Program-made: the position numbers and the translations under genes
Origin: Toensbergia leucococca
Lineage: Eukaryota
DNA: 64,000 bases
Reading direction: 5' to 3'
NCBI GenBank assembly: GCA_022813965.1
Contig: JALDZS010000004.1
Span: 62,001-126,000, forward strand
Part shown: one piece after another, positions 37,128-49,697 of the stretch
Layout of the letters: the number at the start of each line of letters is the position of its first letter
Numbering within the stretch: position 1 is the stretch's first letter
The notes under the pieces: model-generated
The model's input: only the letters and a program-made list of their open reading frames with translations
What the model was told of the DNA's origin: nothing
Databases searched by the model: none

Positions 37128-40100
37128 TTAGGCAGCGGAAGTAACATGACGGATAGGTGCTAGTGTCGGAACGACTTGGGCGTTCTCCCAATGTCCCGAG
37201 CTCCTGTCGTCCGCCTTGTGTCCAAAGACCAAAGCTCCCCTTTTCGGCAAAGCTTTTAGTTGCGACTGTACTTGCTGATTCGTCTGCAAACGACTCCAGA
37301 CGACTCTGTTTGCTATCTGCTGAAATCGGTGTTCCTGAGACCAACACGACTCTCCGCAACCAGCGTCGTGAACGCAGGGCTCAAAAGGTCTGCCGGATAA
37401 TTGCCAAGCTCGAACCCAAAATTGATCATGGAAGTGGCCCTCTCCTAATTGTAGGACTTCAGTATGAAGATTCTCCTCCTTGACGGACTTACGGTGCGCT
37501 ATTACAGTCCATGGGCCCATTGCTGCAGCCATAAGATGAAGGCCTATAGGCATGACGTTGCATCTTTCACAGACCCGGCTTTTGACTGGTGTGGCTGTAA
37601 TGATTGAACCAAGGTTACTACCCACAGCTACTGCGTCAACGTGTTGAATAAGAGGCAGCCAGCTTTTGCCTTGGGTTGTGACTCTGATCTGCTTTATCTC
37701 GCCTCCAGCCTCAGGCTGTTGAATCATTGCCATGATCTCATAACCGTACAGAACATTCCCGCTAGGTTTCTCGGTGTTGGCCTTGCTATTCTGAAGGTTG
37801 ATATTGATTCCTAGCAAGAGATGTCGCAGAAGAATAGTATCGCTGCCTTGCCCACAGATTCGATTGTCACCTTTGCCTTCGAGCAGTTGGGAGATTGCAC
37901 TTCCACTCCAATGTGGCTCGATAAGGGGAATAGCATTCTCATCAAAGCTATGAAGGCTTTCGCTAGCAATACCATCTCGAAGCCACATGTGACACATATG
38001 AAGGACCAGGCTGAGCTTCGGCACCAGCCATGAACGCTTCTCTTCCGCGTCAATAACCAACGCTGTGTGATTCGCCATGTCTTTCAAAGTCTGTGTGTAC
38101 GACTCGGATCGGGGAAATCTTAATTGAGTGGGCTTGAACCGTCCAGTCATCCCAAAGGCAGCACCTGCTTGAAGCGGGGCCGCCGACACGGCTTGAGCTG
38201 TTACTGAAATCCCATCCCAAACGATAACCTTCTGCTTGCCGCGCGCACGGGAGTACTCCCTATTATCCGGGAGCTTGTTCGTTCCTAGGTTTATCATGGC
38301 GGAATTGCACCAGCCAACAAAACACCGCATATTTTTGAAATTTCGAACATTCTTCTCATACATTATGAATTGTCCACTGTCTTCTCTCAAACATTCAAGT
38401 TCGTAAGGATTTATTGGGCCGCAAGCCGATACCTCAAGATGAAATTGAATGCAATTTCCTTTACTCTTGATTGGAATTAGAGCAGTTCGATAGCCAATCA
38501 GAACAACACCCTCGTCCACTTGAACTACTGCATCGATGGCGGCCATTTCTATCATGAGCTCGAGAGACACCTCTAATCCTTTGAAACCAGGCGGGCGTGT
38601 TCGTGGGCACCGGCTCGAAATAATAGCAGTATCAAGAAGCAATTGCCAGCAATTACCCCCAGTAGGCAAAGAGGGTCCGAATTCCATGGTGGTCTTGGGC
38701 TCGGCCAGCGAGAAAAAGAGCTTCAGACCATAGGTTTGTTTCGTTGCCGACGCTGTTGCCGTCTCGCTGCCATCGGTGTCCGCGATTTGAACTCGAATGA
38801 TCTGACAGATAGAAGATGAAGATACTAAGCCTTTTTGGAGCGGAGCTCGAATTGCCTCACATATCCATGCCATTATCTTTAGTACAGTACCGTGAATAGC
38901 TGTTGGAAAATCGGGTCCAAAACTAAGAGCCACTTGATCGCAGGCTTGACTTGGAAGACGAGTAATTTCGGCATTTATCTGATATTTGTTGACTTCACGT
39001 AGATCAGTAAGTGATCTAGGGCGATTATAGAAGGAATGCTATTACCTTCGAGGACGGCTTTCTCTTCAGCGCCTTTAAGTTGACCGAGCCCTTCAAGCAA
39101 CTGAGATCCAATGGATCCCCATTCTCTGCTTACAAAATCTGCGCATGTTACTGCTTCTGGATCGTTTTTGTTTGATACGATAACAACCACATTGCCTAGA
39201 TTTTCGAAAGAAGGCTCAAGAGAATTTGCATCACTGTAATGGAAGCGTGGAATCTCGCAAGAAAAATAACTTGTTCGGGGTAACAATGAAGGATCGCGAA
39301 TATGGGTTATGAGCGCGTTCAGGTTTGTAAATTCGCGTTCTTCAAACCCAATTGTCCACAGTCCCAGGAGCCTGATCATATGTGATTGGGCTGCAATCTT
39401 CCGAGGCTGGCCTCTATCAGCCATGCCGGCGTGCGCAGCGTTGCATGCATCACCGAAACGCCCAAAGCGATCTGTGAGTTTGGCCCCATGCTTCAGAAGA
39501 AACTGTACAACCGCAATGTGATTGTTGTACGCAGCCGCGTGGAGAGCAGTAGTTGGTCTAGTGAGTGAAGTCAATTCGCTGGTTATTGATAGATTACTTG
39601 CCGAAGAATCTCTTCTACTCCTTGGGCCTAGATCTTTTGAAGTGATCAGCTGGCCTTTGGCATTTATATCGGCTCCGCAATCCAGCAGGATGTTGACGGC
39701 ATTGCAATTGCCATCATTTGCAGCTTTGTACAGAGCACTAGAGGCGTCAGCACCATATTTGCACAAGGATCTGACCAACCCCCAGTGACCTCCAGCAGCC
39801 GCTTGGATGACGGCGCCCCCATTGCCCCGGATATTAGCTTTTTTGCGCAATAAGAGGTTCACGACTTCGGTACGGCCCTCACGTGCTGCAGCTTGCAACG
39901 GAGTTTCAGCTAGTGGTAGCGCACCAAGTTTAGGACTGCCTTTCTGATAAGGACGAATCAAGTATGCGTCGATATTGATTGAACTGGAATACAGAAATTC
40001 CTCAATCCGGGCAAGGTTACCCTCATACACCACCTCGGACCATTCTGCATCGTTGTGATGTCTGACGGGGGAAGATTTCCCTGACGCGTAAGGAGAGTGA

Positions 40101-40138
40101 GACACTTGGAGTTGATCTTTGGTGGAAGATGCGCTCAT
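37128..40138 (-). CDS. Ankyrin-repeat protein with a large uncharacterised C-terminal domain (about 985 aa)
   Basis: TPLQAAAREGRTEVVNLLL, ALYKAANDGN..VNILLDCGADIN and TALHAAAYNNH..VQFLLKHGA ankyrin repeats. A 53-nt intron at 38993-39045 joins ORF 38975-40138 in frame to ORF 37128-38933. Confidence 0.85.
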
Positions 40139-40324
40139 AGAAGTACGTCCACGCCTGCTAATGTTGGAACCAAGGGCTGGAAAGTCGGCGGTGTTGAAAG
40201 AGAAATGGCTGGAGAGAAAGAAGTCAAGATATGATAGTACATATTTGGCAGACAGCTACTTACTCTGATTCTCTCTCAAAGGTTGCGCTGCTGCGGCCAT
40301 GGGCTTTTTTATCATTAATGCTTA

Positions 40325-41090
40325 TGGTGGGCAAGAGAGGAGGTCGAGCAGATGTTGCGCGACCTCCTCGTCCTCGTCTTCGTCCAGCTATGGAAGATTG
40401 CGGGGAATACGAGCTCATGGCGATCCGTATCCGATGTCGTGGTCGATTACTTCATTCTCCCGCAACGTTCGGCATAGCATTTTAGCTCCTCGGACACGTT
40501 GTAGACTTCCTCCTCCATATATGAAAAGGGCTGTTAGGCTCAGCCGTGCTAGGCTACCATATTCATGCCAATCTTCAGTTCCCAAAGCCTCAGCTTCATG
40601 TTGTGCGACCGAACAAGGATAATCAATGGTGGAAATGGAGCCGTCGGGCCGTGTACTACTCCGTAGTTTGCTCGGATTTAATGCGGGGATGGCCCTTAAA
40701 TAAAAACCCCTGTCGAAATTAGTGCCAGACAATCATGCATCTAGATTAAATCAAAAATGCCTCAATCAGCCACGTCGTGAACTTCGAACATGACTTGCAA
40801 ACTAGAAATATGGAGTACTTTGCCCGTCCCTTCTTGCTTCTCGGCTGCATCGGTGGAATGTGAACATCCGAAGCTATGAGGCTGTCTAATATTCTACAAG
40901 TTGCACCCGTATTCCCTGCACTTGATGTTAGCCACGTTCTGGTGCCACTAGAATATTCTACCTTCCAGTTGTCTGGGCGACGCTGTGGAACCTTCATTTC
41001 GAAATGAACTCTGCGACACAGAACTCCGCAGCTATCACTAGAGGCCTCACAGGTACTAGTCGATCCATACCCATAATGTCTCTTCAAAAC
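40325..41090 (-). pseudogene. Possible degraded gene of unknown family
   Basis: Protein-like ORFs 40746-41087 and 40415-40732. The second frame continues past TGA and TAG into LDEDEDEEVAQHLLDLLSCPP. No family recognised. Confidence 0.3.
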
Positions 41091-42639
41091 GGCTGCAGTT
41101 CACCATCAATTGCTTCAGTGGACCCTCTGACTGGAGACTTTTAAATTCGAGTGTCCAGAAACTGGCACGAAACTTATGCTTGTCCCGGTCGACGGTTCAA
41201 AGCCTGAAACGGGAAGAGTACTGGTAGCAGATAGTGTCAGCGAATGGGGGAGAGTAGACGTTCTCGTCAGTGACACGGATGTCTGCCAGTTTGTAGAGTT
41301 TCTGTAGTGCGTTCATCTCTCACTGCTGTAAGCCTAGGAGATATTGCGCTGACAAGCACCAGAATCTGATCTCTGCTCCCACGCCATGCGGACTGATCTC
41401 GATGGATCCTTCTACGCCACATTAGCTGCGGCCTGACAGATGACCTTTCAGAATTCTCCGGGTGGCTCCATGATTGGCATACAATCGATCTCTGCAGTGA
41501 TTGGAGGAACCTACTGACGCTTCGTGACCTTTCACCCACAACAGAAGTAGATGGATATATACGCTATAAAGAAAAATGAGAAGAAATGGATCATAACAAG
41601 CTCGCCATAGCACGTTGTGTTACTTGTAGAATGACTTTCGCAATAAAAGAACCACAACATTATGCTAGCTCGAATGCTCACATAGCCATCTTCAGAAAGA
41701 ATTGGTACGACTCATCTGCGATAACATTGCACCCAAAGGTCTTTCAGCGTATCGGGGATTGATAAGCTCCGACTTTAACTACTCCTCGAACGTTGGAAAG
41801 CAGATAGATCCATACAGAGTGAAAGAATAAGACCCGACTTAAACCCTCGCTCGACTCTCGCCATGCGCTATTCTGATCGTCCTGCAGGCTACTCTACTAT
41901 TGTTGAGGTGCTTGCTGAGATGGAATCGTTAGTTCAGAGCACAGAAATCTGAACAATCAGTTTCCCTAAAACGCTCCTTGCGGATCAGTACGAAATCATA
42001 TCAAGTGGATCCACTTATAGATGGCATTCTCTGGAACACATTTATCTCTTCAAGAATTCAAGGTATGATACGTCGCGAGGATTTCACGTTCAAATGTGGG
42101 GTCTGTTGAATGAGAAGAGGACTGTTCTATGGATTTATGAAAACTTGCAAATTCGAAAAAAGATACAGGTACGTTGATTTACTACTATTATGAGAAGAAA
42201 TTTCACTGATACTTTCCGTTTTAAAGGGGTTAGAATTGCATTACACGCCCACGAAAGCGGAGATGCTGAGTCCACTGCAAAGCTGCGCCGTAGCACGAAG
42301 GAAACATAGCATTTGGGGCAATGCCTTATTGCCACGATCAATCAAGACGCAGATGGAATGAGGGGGGTTTGAATGTTGAGGAGAAGAAGAGGTATATGAA
42401 AGGTAGAATTTCGCTGGGTAGGACGGATGTTCCGGAGAATATGGTGGAATCTGCAGTGTTCTTGACGGGGGTTGTCGAGCTAACATGTGGTGAGTCTATA
42501 GTTTCGTAGGATTGTAATTATCAACCAACATATTGACGATGCTAGACTAGGGCACAGCTGCTTGTTGACGGAGGAATATTCGTTAATCTACAAGGATTGA
42601 GAGACGCAATCTTCACACGCAAAGCGGGCCCAATCCTGC

Positions 42640-43750
42640 TTGCGCTTCAATTGTCCAACGTGGCTTTGTTCCCTTGAAAATGTCCGATACCCTAATTAGC
42701 CAGTTTCTCCACAGATACCCATTCCCTCCACCCCCAACATCACAAACCGGCCAATCATTCCCAAATATCACACCCCTAGGCCCCAAAAAACGCAAATACC
42801 TTTTCTAACCAAGCTTCGGCTCAGAACCCCACATCCACAAGCCTGTCTTTTCTTTCCAAAAAGAAAAAAAAACAAAAGTCCAGACCGTCTTGCTGATCCT
42901 CCATCTCGGAAAAAGCGCCGGAAGTCTTGACATGGAGCCCTCAGTCTCTCTGCCCACGCCCTAAAGTTCGGATGGTCGTACGCGGTTGTAAGTCCAGATC
43001 CCCCTCGGGCCCGGAAAAGTTATTAGGCTTGCACATTTGATCTACGCCACTCAAACCCTCAACCACACCACCCCAACAAAGAGAAGAAGAAAATTGAAAC
43101 CCCAAGCCCAAACATTTCACTAACTAAATAATCGACCTTCTCGACTCCCCACCTCCATCCCTGCACCTCCTAACCATCTCCACCGCCCCCCCCTCCCCAT
43201 TTAATAAATCCACAGTTCAAACCAAGAACCCCCACCGCCACATCCACCTCGATTGGCCCCCAAACCCCATCCTCCCCATCGTCCCCGCATGTCTCTCCTG
43301 CACCAAAAACATCCACCCCCTATTCACCCCCTCCCTCCACCTTCTAACGCCACTACTGCTCCATTGCCTCCGCAATTCTCACCCACATCACAGCTCCCAT
43401 GAAAATTTGCGCGTCCTCAGGCGTGTGATCTTCATTGAGTAAAAAAGTGCTGAATGTGATGTGAATGATTTCAGTCAAGGCAGTTCATGATGTGAGAAGA
43501 GAAGAATTTAAGATGAGCTGCTGTAAAGGTCTGGTTTGATGAAGATGAAGCCTTGGAGGGGGTGCGGGGTTGTGGCGAGGTGATGGTTTGTGAGGGACTT
43601 TTGGAGTGTGGAGGGGATAAGTGTGAAGAAGAGAAGATGAATGCAGGTGAGTGTGGGGTAGAAGGAGGGTGCATGGATGCAGGGTGAAGTGGGTGCGGGG
43701 TGGTTCATAGGTACTATGTGTGGTGGACGATTTTGGATGTAGGGTATGGA
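42640..43750 (-). pseudogene. L-rhamnono-gamma-lactonase (LRA2)-like amidohydrolase_2 pseudogene
   Basis: Collinear fragments in shifting frames with several stops: LQGFIFIKPD*, EDHTPEDAQIFMGAVMW, GWMFLVQERHAGTM, DQMCKPN, HPNFRAW, SGAFSEM, WLEKVF and LGPRGVIFGNDWPVCDVGGGG. The order matches fungal LRA2-type lactonases as I recall them. Confidence 0.75.
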
Positions 43751-44778
43751 CTGGGTTCCCTGATTATCGTGCACCTTACAATCCATTGCGTTTTCTTTGC
43801 CTGGAGGTGGTAGTGGATGGGGATGTCGATTGCAGTACTTATTACCCCATGCCATTCGGGAATCCTACTATCAGCGGCGTGTGTGGGAGGCTAATAGGGA
43901 GGAAGGGGCACGTTGGTGTTTCTCGCTGTTTTGGGGGTTGGGGTTTACCCGACGATTTCGTGGTAAGCGAGGAAGTTTGTTCGTTGGCTCATTGGGTAGG
44001 GGGCTGAGGCTATTTGATTGAGGGCTCCCGATTAGTACGTCAGGTGACTCCGTGTTGTATGGATCCTGTCTGTGATTTACCTCTCTAAAATTTCGTTTCA
44101 TTGATGAAAGGATTCCTTTTTGCCTTTTTGGGGTGGAGGGATGTGGTGATTCCCCGGACGGAGAGGAGTTTTTGTCATTTTGACGGCGAACCAATGCTAG
44201 GTTTGAGGTTTGGTATGTTTTTGAAAAAAAAAAACCACGTTTGAGAGATCGGGATGGAAGAGAATGAGTTAAGAGAGGGTCTTTGATCCTGCTTGAGACT
44301 TGCATAAAATTCAACAATATGAAATAAGGGACAGAGATGCTAGTTGAGGTTTTCGAGTTTGCTTGCAACGGGAGACAGAAGGATTGTTTTCAAACAAGGT
44401 ACGTCCGGGAAAACATGTGGAAAAATTAGGTCAATATGTCTCATCGGATCTTGCTGAAAGGGAGGCTTTGTGGACCGGAAAGCACCCAGTCTTTTTTCAA
44501 AGAAAAAGCACCTGAAGAAAGAGCTCAGAGAAGATTGCCCCCCAAAATTTCCGCTTGTCCTAATCTAAAGAAATCGAATAGAGACAAGTGGAAGCTTCTC
44601 AGCGGCTCGGGGCTTCTTCTCTACAAACTCCCATTAGCAAACGCACCTCTGTATATATACGGCAAGAGGGTATGATGGTGAGTGGTTAACCACCTTCAAG
44701 CACTTTCACTTTTCATCATTGAAACGTTCGATCTTCTAAGACCTGGCCTTGCTTTCGAGCAAAGACGAAGTTCTATCG

Positions 44779-45552
44779 ATGGATTCCTCACAAGCCGGTG
44801 GGAGCTCTCCACTTCTCGATCTACCGCTTGAGCTACAGAAAATGGTGTATGAGAAGGTCTTGGTACTTCCAAATGCTGTTGGACTGCTGAAAGGCCCACG
44901 AATTACTTTCTTCCGAGCACATGAAGAGAATTGCTCATTTTGCAAACACGAGTATATTCGTATGAGTAGTCCAGGTCGACACGTCTGTCGTTGTACGGAT
45001 CTATTTTCAGGAGCGAGCAAAGATATCATAGGTCCAGAGTCAGTTCTGTCCCTTTTATTGGTGAACAGGCATATCAAAGAGCAAGCTGTCCGCATTTTCT
45101 ACCGGTAAAATCGCTTTGTATTCAATGAAGCATATCGTCTGTTAGAGTTCCTAGAACATTGTCCATCGCGCGCTCAATTCTTTGGCGAAGTAAGCTTCAG
45201 ACTCCGGCGCTTCATGGATTTGTATCCTGGCTCGCCCCCTATGCGCAACTGGGGAACCCATGGTCAAAGCATCTTCGCCCGGCTCTTGGATTGTAGGTAC
45301 CTGACAAAGTTACATATCGACCTTCCACGTCTCCACTATGGATCGTCCCGTGTCATAGACTCTGAACCATGGGATTATTGGGAATATTCTGGCATGGATA
45401 TCTTGCGAACCTTCAGGGGTATATCGCTCCTAGAGCTATCTGGTGAAGACCGGATCAAGAATGCCAACGGGGAACTAGTGATGGTTGACATCAATCATCC
45501 TGAAGCTATTGGCCCGATTCTGTACCTCGAGTTCTTGTAGCCACGCCTTTGA
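44779..45552 (+). pseudogene. Tandem paralog A: F-box-like N-terminal motif (LLDLPLELQKMVY) protein with premature stop
   Basis: In-frame TAA at 45106-45108 (FYR*NRFVF versus FYRYNSFIF in paralog B). A second stop, TAG at 45538-45540, falls where paralog B has K in SKPRP. Confidence 0.75.
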
Positions 45553-46255
45553 GGCAGCGGATTTAGAAATGTAGCTGCAGCGCCTTGGTAGGGTGCAGGA
45601 GGGCGGGAGAACTTATTGAATTCTCGGTGTTGATGTGCAGGCAGAGATAGGAAGCGGAAACGATGGTGTTTTTTGGAGCCGGACTTGCTAGAAAGCATGA
45701 GAAGGACGTCATTCATAGATGTCCCTCATAGATCTCTTGAACGACTAGCGGGTTGGAGATAGTTGTGGTACAATCCGAATCGCAATTTGAATAGAATGGA
45801 AGACAAAGCATAGGTAGGTTTCCAACAAGACCTACCTTAGCGAATAAACGAGATACTTCAAAAGAAAACACAAGTGACTTACTAGAGATAGGGAAAGAGG
45901 ATGTCATTGATCTTTTTGGAAAGCCCATTCATTCAATGAACCGAAACAGATAACAGGCTGCAGACTTCAGATTGATAGTGTTCTCACACTCTGCTCAAGA
46001 GAACTTTCCATACATTTGCTCGTTACAAAGAGAAGGTAAGAGGAATTAGAAGCTTCTCGGCATCAGGGTGCTGTTTGTTGACCTCTCTAGTACTTGGTGT
46101 CAGCTTCCTTTTGAGACTTCCAATGGTCGTTTTCTGCTGTATATAACATGACTATCTTGCAACGGTCATCATATTTGTCACACTATTACCGTATTTTTCG
46201 GACTGTACATCCAACCTCCGGCGCCTCGTTCTGCAAATTAAGTCAAGGTTTTTTG

Positions 46256-46980
46256 ATGGCTTCTTCGGAGATTTCTGGGGGCTCTGACTTTTTGTGGCTT
46301 CCCCCCGAATTACGGAATATGATCTATCGACACCTTCTAGTATTCCCGAACCCCTTCACATTAGTACATATTGTTGCCTGTACGTTCTTCGCCAATCACA
46401 GACTCAATTGTCCCGTGAATGTACACGATATCAGACAAAGTCGACAGCGATTTCACATATGGCGCGTAGGCTGCAGCGATCCGTTTACAGGCATCACAAG
46501 ATACGTTCAATGTCCTGAGACAGTTCTTTCCATCCTTGCAGTGAATAGGAAGATTTTTGAGGAGGCGGTCGAGTTTTTTTATCGTTATAATAGCTTCATC
46601 TTCACCACACATACCCTGGACTGCTTCATGAATCATTGTCCATCTCGCTACCGCTTCCTCGGTGAACTTACCTTCAGATTCAGCATCACAACCAAACCGA
46701 ATTGCCTCACCCGCCTCTTGAATTGTCATTTCCTGACAAAGTTACATGTTCATTTCCCTACGGCCGAGTATCAGAAATACAGGAACAGACGGCGTTCGTC
46801 TGCAGCAAAGCTTATGGATATATTTCGCAAGCTTCGAGTATGATACTCTTAGAATTCGCTGGTCAAGATATTATCTGGATTTCAAGACAAGGACTCGTGA
46901 GGGTCGATGTCAATCACCCACGCGCTATTGGCACAGTCCTCCAAACCCATCTATCGAAACCACGCCCTCGACAGAGATGA
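46256..46980 (+). pseudogene. Tandem paralog B: F-box-like N-terminal motif (FLWLPPELRNMIY) protein with frameshift
   Basis: Aligns to paralog A along its length (C.D.F.G, PE.VLS.L.VNR.I.E.AV..FYR, CPSR..F.GE..FR, RLL.C..LTKLH, VD.NHP.AIG). A 1-nt deletion near 46838 (CGA GT ATG ATA versus AGG GGT ATA TCG) puts the C-terminus in another frame. Confidence 0.75.
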
Positions 46981-47474
46981 ATTTTCAGTGAGCTATGGTC
47001 CCGAGCACGAAGTTTTCCAGTGCCATACTGATTAGTAGAGGCCAAATGTTCGAACGGATCTTAGTAAGAAGCTCTATGGCGATAGAGTCGGCGCTTCCAA
47101 TTGGTCTTTATTATCCTCAGGTAGATTCAGATATGTTCATCTGATAGCAGGAGTTCTCGATGACCACAGGGGGTTTCGTCTAGTTGAATCGGTGTCCTTC
47201 GATGAGAAGCTAGCCTTGAAACCACTTCTAGAAGAGCTATCAGTAATACCATGCAACAATCCTTAGACAAGCTCATGGAGTAAAACATGATGATCTATTG
47301 GCAAGCTGATACTGCTCAAGGATGATAGAAAACATGGTTGTGAGATTCCATGTGCAGTCAAGGATGAACTTTTAGCTGTAACCCCCCCATAGACTCGCAA
47401 GTTTTCACCTAACATGAGGTTTCTTGCACACATGTATCTTAGTTGCCATAGCCTGAAGGCTGCATGCAGAAATG

Positions 47475-47506
47475 ATAAAATAAAATAAAATAAAATAAAA
47501 TAAATA
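47475..47506 (+). repeat. (TAAAA)n pentanucleotide microsatellite
   Basis: About 6 tandem units. Confidence 0.9.
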
Positions 47507-49697
47507 CATCTCGGAGCGTTCCACAGAACAGCGACCTCCATTTTGTCTACAAGAGAGCCATTGATGAATTTAAGCGAGGCTGATTTCTTGTGCTATCTTC
47601 GACATATTCATTTTTCTCTCTTAGGGATCTCTGTCCGTGAAATATCGCTGATAGCCAGATCAATGGGCAATGGAAGTGGGGGAAGCTAGGTAATCATGAT
47701 GTGAACAGATCTTGAGAAAACAGCACTGTCGCACCGTTTTTTAGGGGTTGTTGCTGACCACTAGTCGTATGCGCAAAGAGGCGGCAACCCGAAGATAATA
47801 TTTGCCTAGAGACCAAGGATTGACGTGAAAGACAAAGCACGATGATATGTCATACAGGTCGCCACTCTCGGGCAATGCCTATGCAAGGGAAGATATCGAT
47901 TGATTGCCTCGAATTTATACGGATAATCAAGCTGACATCAGCAGCAGTAGAGTATGCTCTTGCGATAATTGAAATCGCGCACTCGGCACGGAATGCGGAT
48001 GCCTGGCTCTTCGGTGCAGCACTTTTTCAAAGTTATCCGTGTACTAGAATAGAGGGTTTGCTCGTATCCAAGGCATCGTTTCGAAAGGGACGTTGAGGAC
48101 GATCATAACAAATGCGTCATTAGGTGATGTTGGATTGATGGAAAAAGCCTGATGTGATTGGCTGACTGCTAGCGTACGTGCGGCTGTATATTTTTAGCTT
48201 TCAGTCTATTAGAGCGGTTGAGTGAAGACGGGATCCGAGGATCCTTGGATTCGGATTGGGCTGATTCCAATCTACAAGGCTGAACCAGTGACCTATGACC
48301 TGTGACCTGTGATCTGTGACCGCAACACTTACACCGACGGCCCAAAGAACGTGCGCCAGACTGTCGGTGACAATTGAAGATAATACTCCGGACTGAAATG
48401 TCAATTTAAAGTATTTGGCCATTTGGCATTTGCCATGCTTGTAGCTGTGACTAGAGAAGATTAGACGGACGGTGTTCTAGTCGCAATAGATGAAACCCTT
48501 CTTTCTATAATCTATTCATGGACCAACTTCACTGCGAAAGCCACAGTCTGGTAGGAATTAAGCCTTTGCCTGAGGGACTTGTTGGCAGTTGAGGCGCGCC
48601 GAGTGACAGAGCGGAGAGATGGGAATACCTGCAAGGCTTCAGTCAAAGTCGTTGTCGCCTGGTGCGGCATTGGCATTCCGAATGGCTTACGAGTAGAAGA
48701 TGTGGTTACAGTGGTTGGCATTAATCCATCATCATGTGTCATTTTCTTCACGTGGTGGGCCGTATTACCATCTTCACACCGAGATATCTGAGCAAAGTGC
48801 CTCTGCCTGCTCACGTAAACACTCTTGAAACGGCAACGTCGCTTGCTCCGCCTTTCGCCTCAAGGTCACTTCCAACATCATCAGCGCTCCCTCGGCTCTT
48901 CTGGCGTTAGAGTGCTATTTCCATCTTGCTTTGCGTCAAAATGCTACGACGTTCCAACAACAACACTTAGCCCCACGGAGGATTGCCGTAAACAAGCTCC
49001 TGTTCCCGGCTCCCAGGTTCAGCGCGGCATGGGGAATGGAAACGGCCAGAATGGCTCGCCAATCGCTACTTCCATCAACCTTTGCCAATAGTTCCGCCCT
49101 GCTCGCATCCTCCCACCCAGTCTGACGGTCCTACTTGACTAGAGTGTAGATCTTGGGGCTCGAAAGCCTAAGAAGGTGGGCTGATCGTACCGTTTCAGCC
49201 TCCCTCAACGGCTGAAATGGTAGACCCTCCCCCCCCAGCACTTGGAGTCATCTGTGTACCTAGACTGCACGTCAACTCTATCATCGGCTTGCTCCGTCTC
49301 CAAGACTCTCTTGCTCGCCCAGATCTTATCTGAATAGTGTCTTTTACGACACCAAGGCCCTGTAGCGGAACAAGCGATGGATTCCGTAGTCGATGCCTAC
49401 CTAGTCATCGATGCCTGGTGCGCCCTAATTGTTTATGACCCTTTCAATCATGCTCCTCAGGCTGTACAGTCAGAGGTTTTATATCGTTGCTGCCTTTGCC
49501 ACGTGTGGTTTTTGTGTCATTGCAGGCTACTCTCTAATACTCATTTATTTTAACTGAAAGCAAGTCTTTCCCTTTCTTTTTGCCTCTCATTTAGAATCAT
49601 CTTTTCCTATCATATCAAATCAAGCCATAATATACAGAGCCCCGCCGCCACTCATCTCAAATCGCATTAACTCCATTAAGAAACATACATTGCCATC

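Noticed and set aside
45106..45540. Premature stops as A-to-I editing-corrected codons
   Set aside because: Editing converts stops to Trp, but the paralog has Tyr and Lys at these positions, so ordinary nonsense mutations fit better.
48287..48321. Short 7-mer tandem repeats (GTGACCT-like here; CCAGATC x3 at about 25309-25330)
   Set aside because: Few degenerate units; ordinary minisatellite slippage with no spacer structure.
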